Of a stretch of DNA of 8,186 nucleotides, positions 8,186 through 8,186 are shown in pieces. How positions within the stretch are numbered: position 1 is the first letter of the stretch; every line of letters starts with the position of its first letter. Location: the IMG/VR virus record IMGVR_UViG_2537561932_000001, one strand, 5' to 3'. The notes beneath the pieces are model-generated. The model searched no databases. It saw only the letters and a list, made by a program, of their open reading frames with translations, and was not told where the DNA came from. The position numbers and the translations under genes are program-made. The DNA is from a virus. Taxonomy: Monodnaviria; Loebvirae; Hofneiviricota; Faserviricetes; Tubulavirales; Inoviridae.

Positions 8186-8186
8186 G

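Overview
The window appears to be almost entirely one integrated filamentous prophage (Inovirus, Ff/M13-like), read by eye without any database search. Nine genes lie head-to-tail on the minus strand in the canonical Ff order: replication initiator, ssDNA-binding protein, pVII, pIX, major coat pVIII, adsorption protein pIII, pVI, Zot-like assembly NTPase pI and secretin pIV. pI, pIII, pIV and pVII show recognisable similarity to their M13 counterparts; the other calls rest on position, size and protein features. No integrase is present, and the window opens inside a dif-like XerC/XerD site (1..13), so Xer-dependent integration at the chromosome dimer-resolution site is the most likely mode. 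Between dif and the secretin gene lies about 800 bp of non-coding DNA holding two diverged tandem copies of a roughly 300-bp unit, each with a conserved hairpin. Upstream of the replication gene is a small divergent control region: a 65-aa acidic ORF translationally coupled to Rep, a palindrome-rich operator region, and a 70-aa ribbon-helix-helix-like regulator on the plus strand. The right end carries an intrinsic terminator hairpin, a pyrimidine-rich leader and a 57-aa single-pass membrane protein of unknown function. The most interesting points are the tandem dif-proximal repeats, the apparent mosaic of Ff-like morphogenesis genes with a non-Ff-looking replication/regulation module, and the two unassigned small proteins. 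No defence system, CRISPR array or RNA gene was found.
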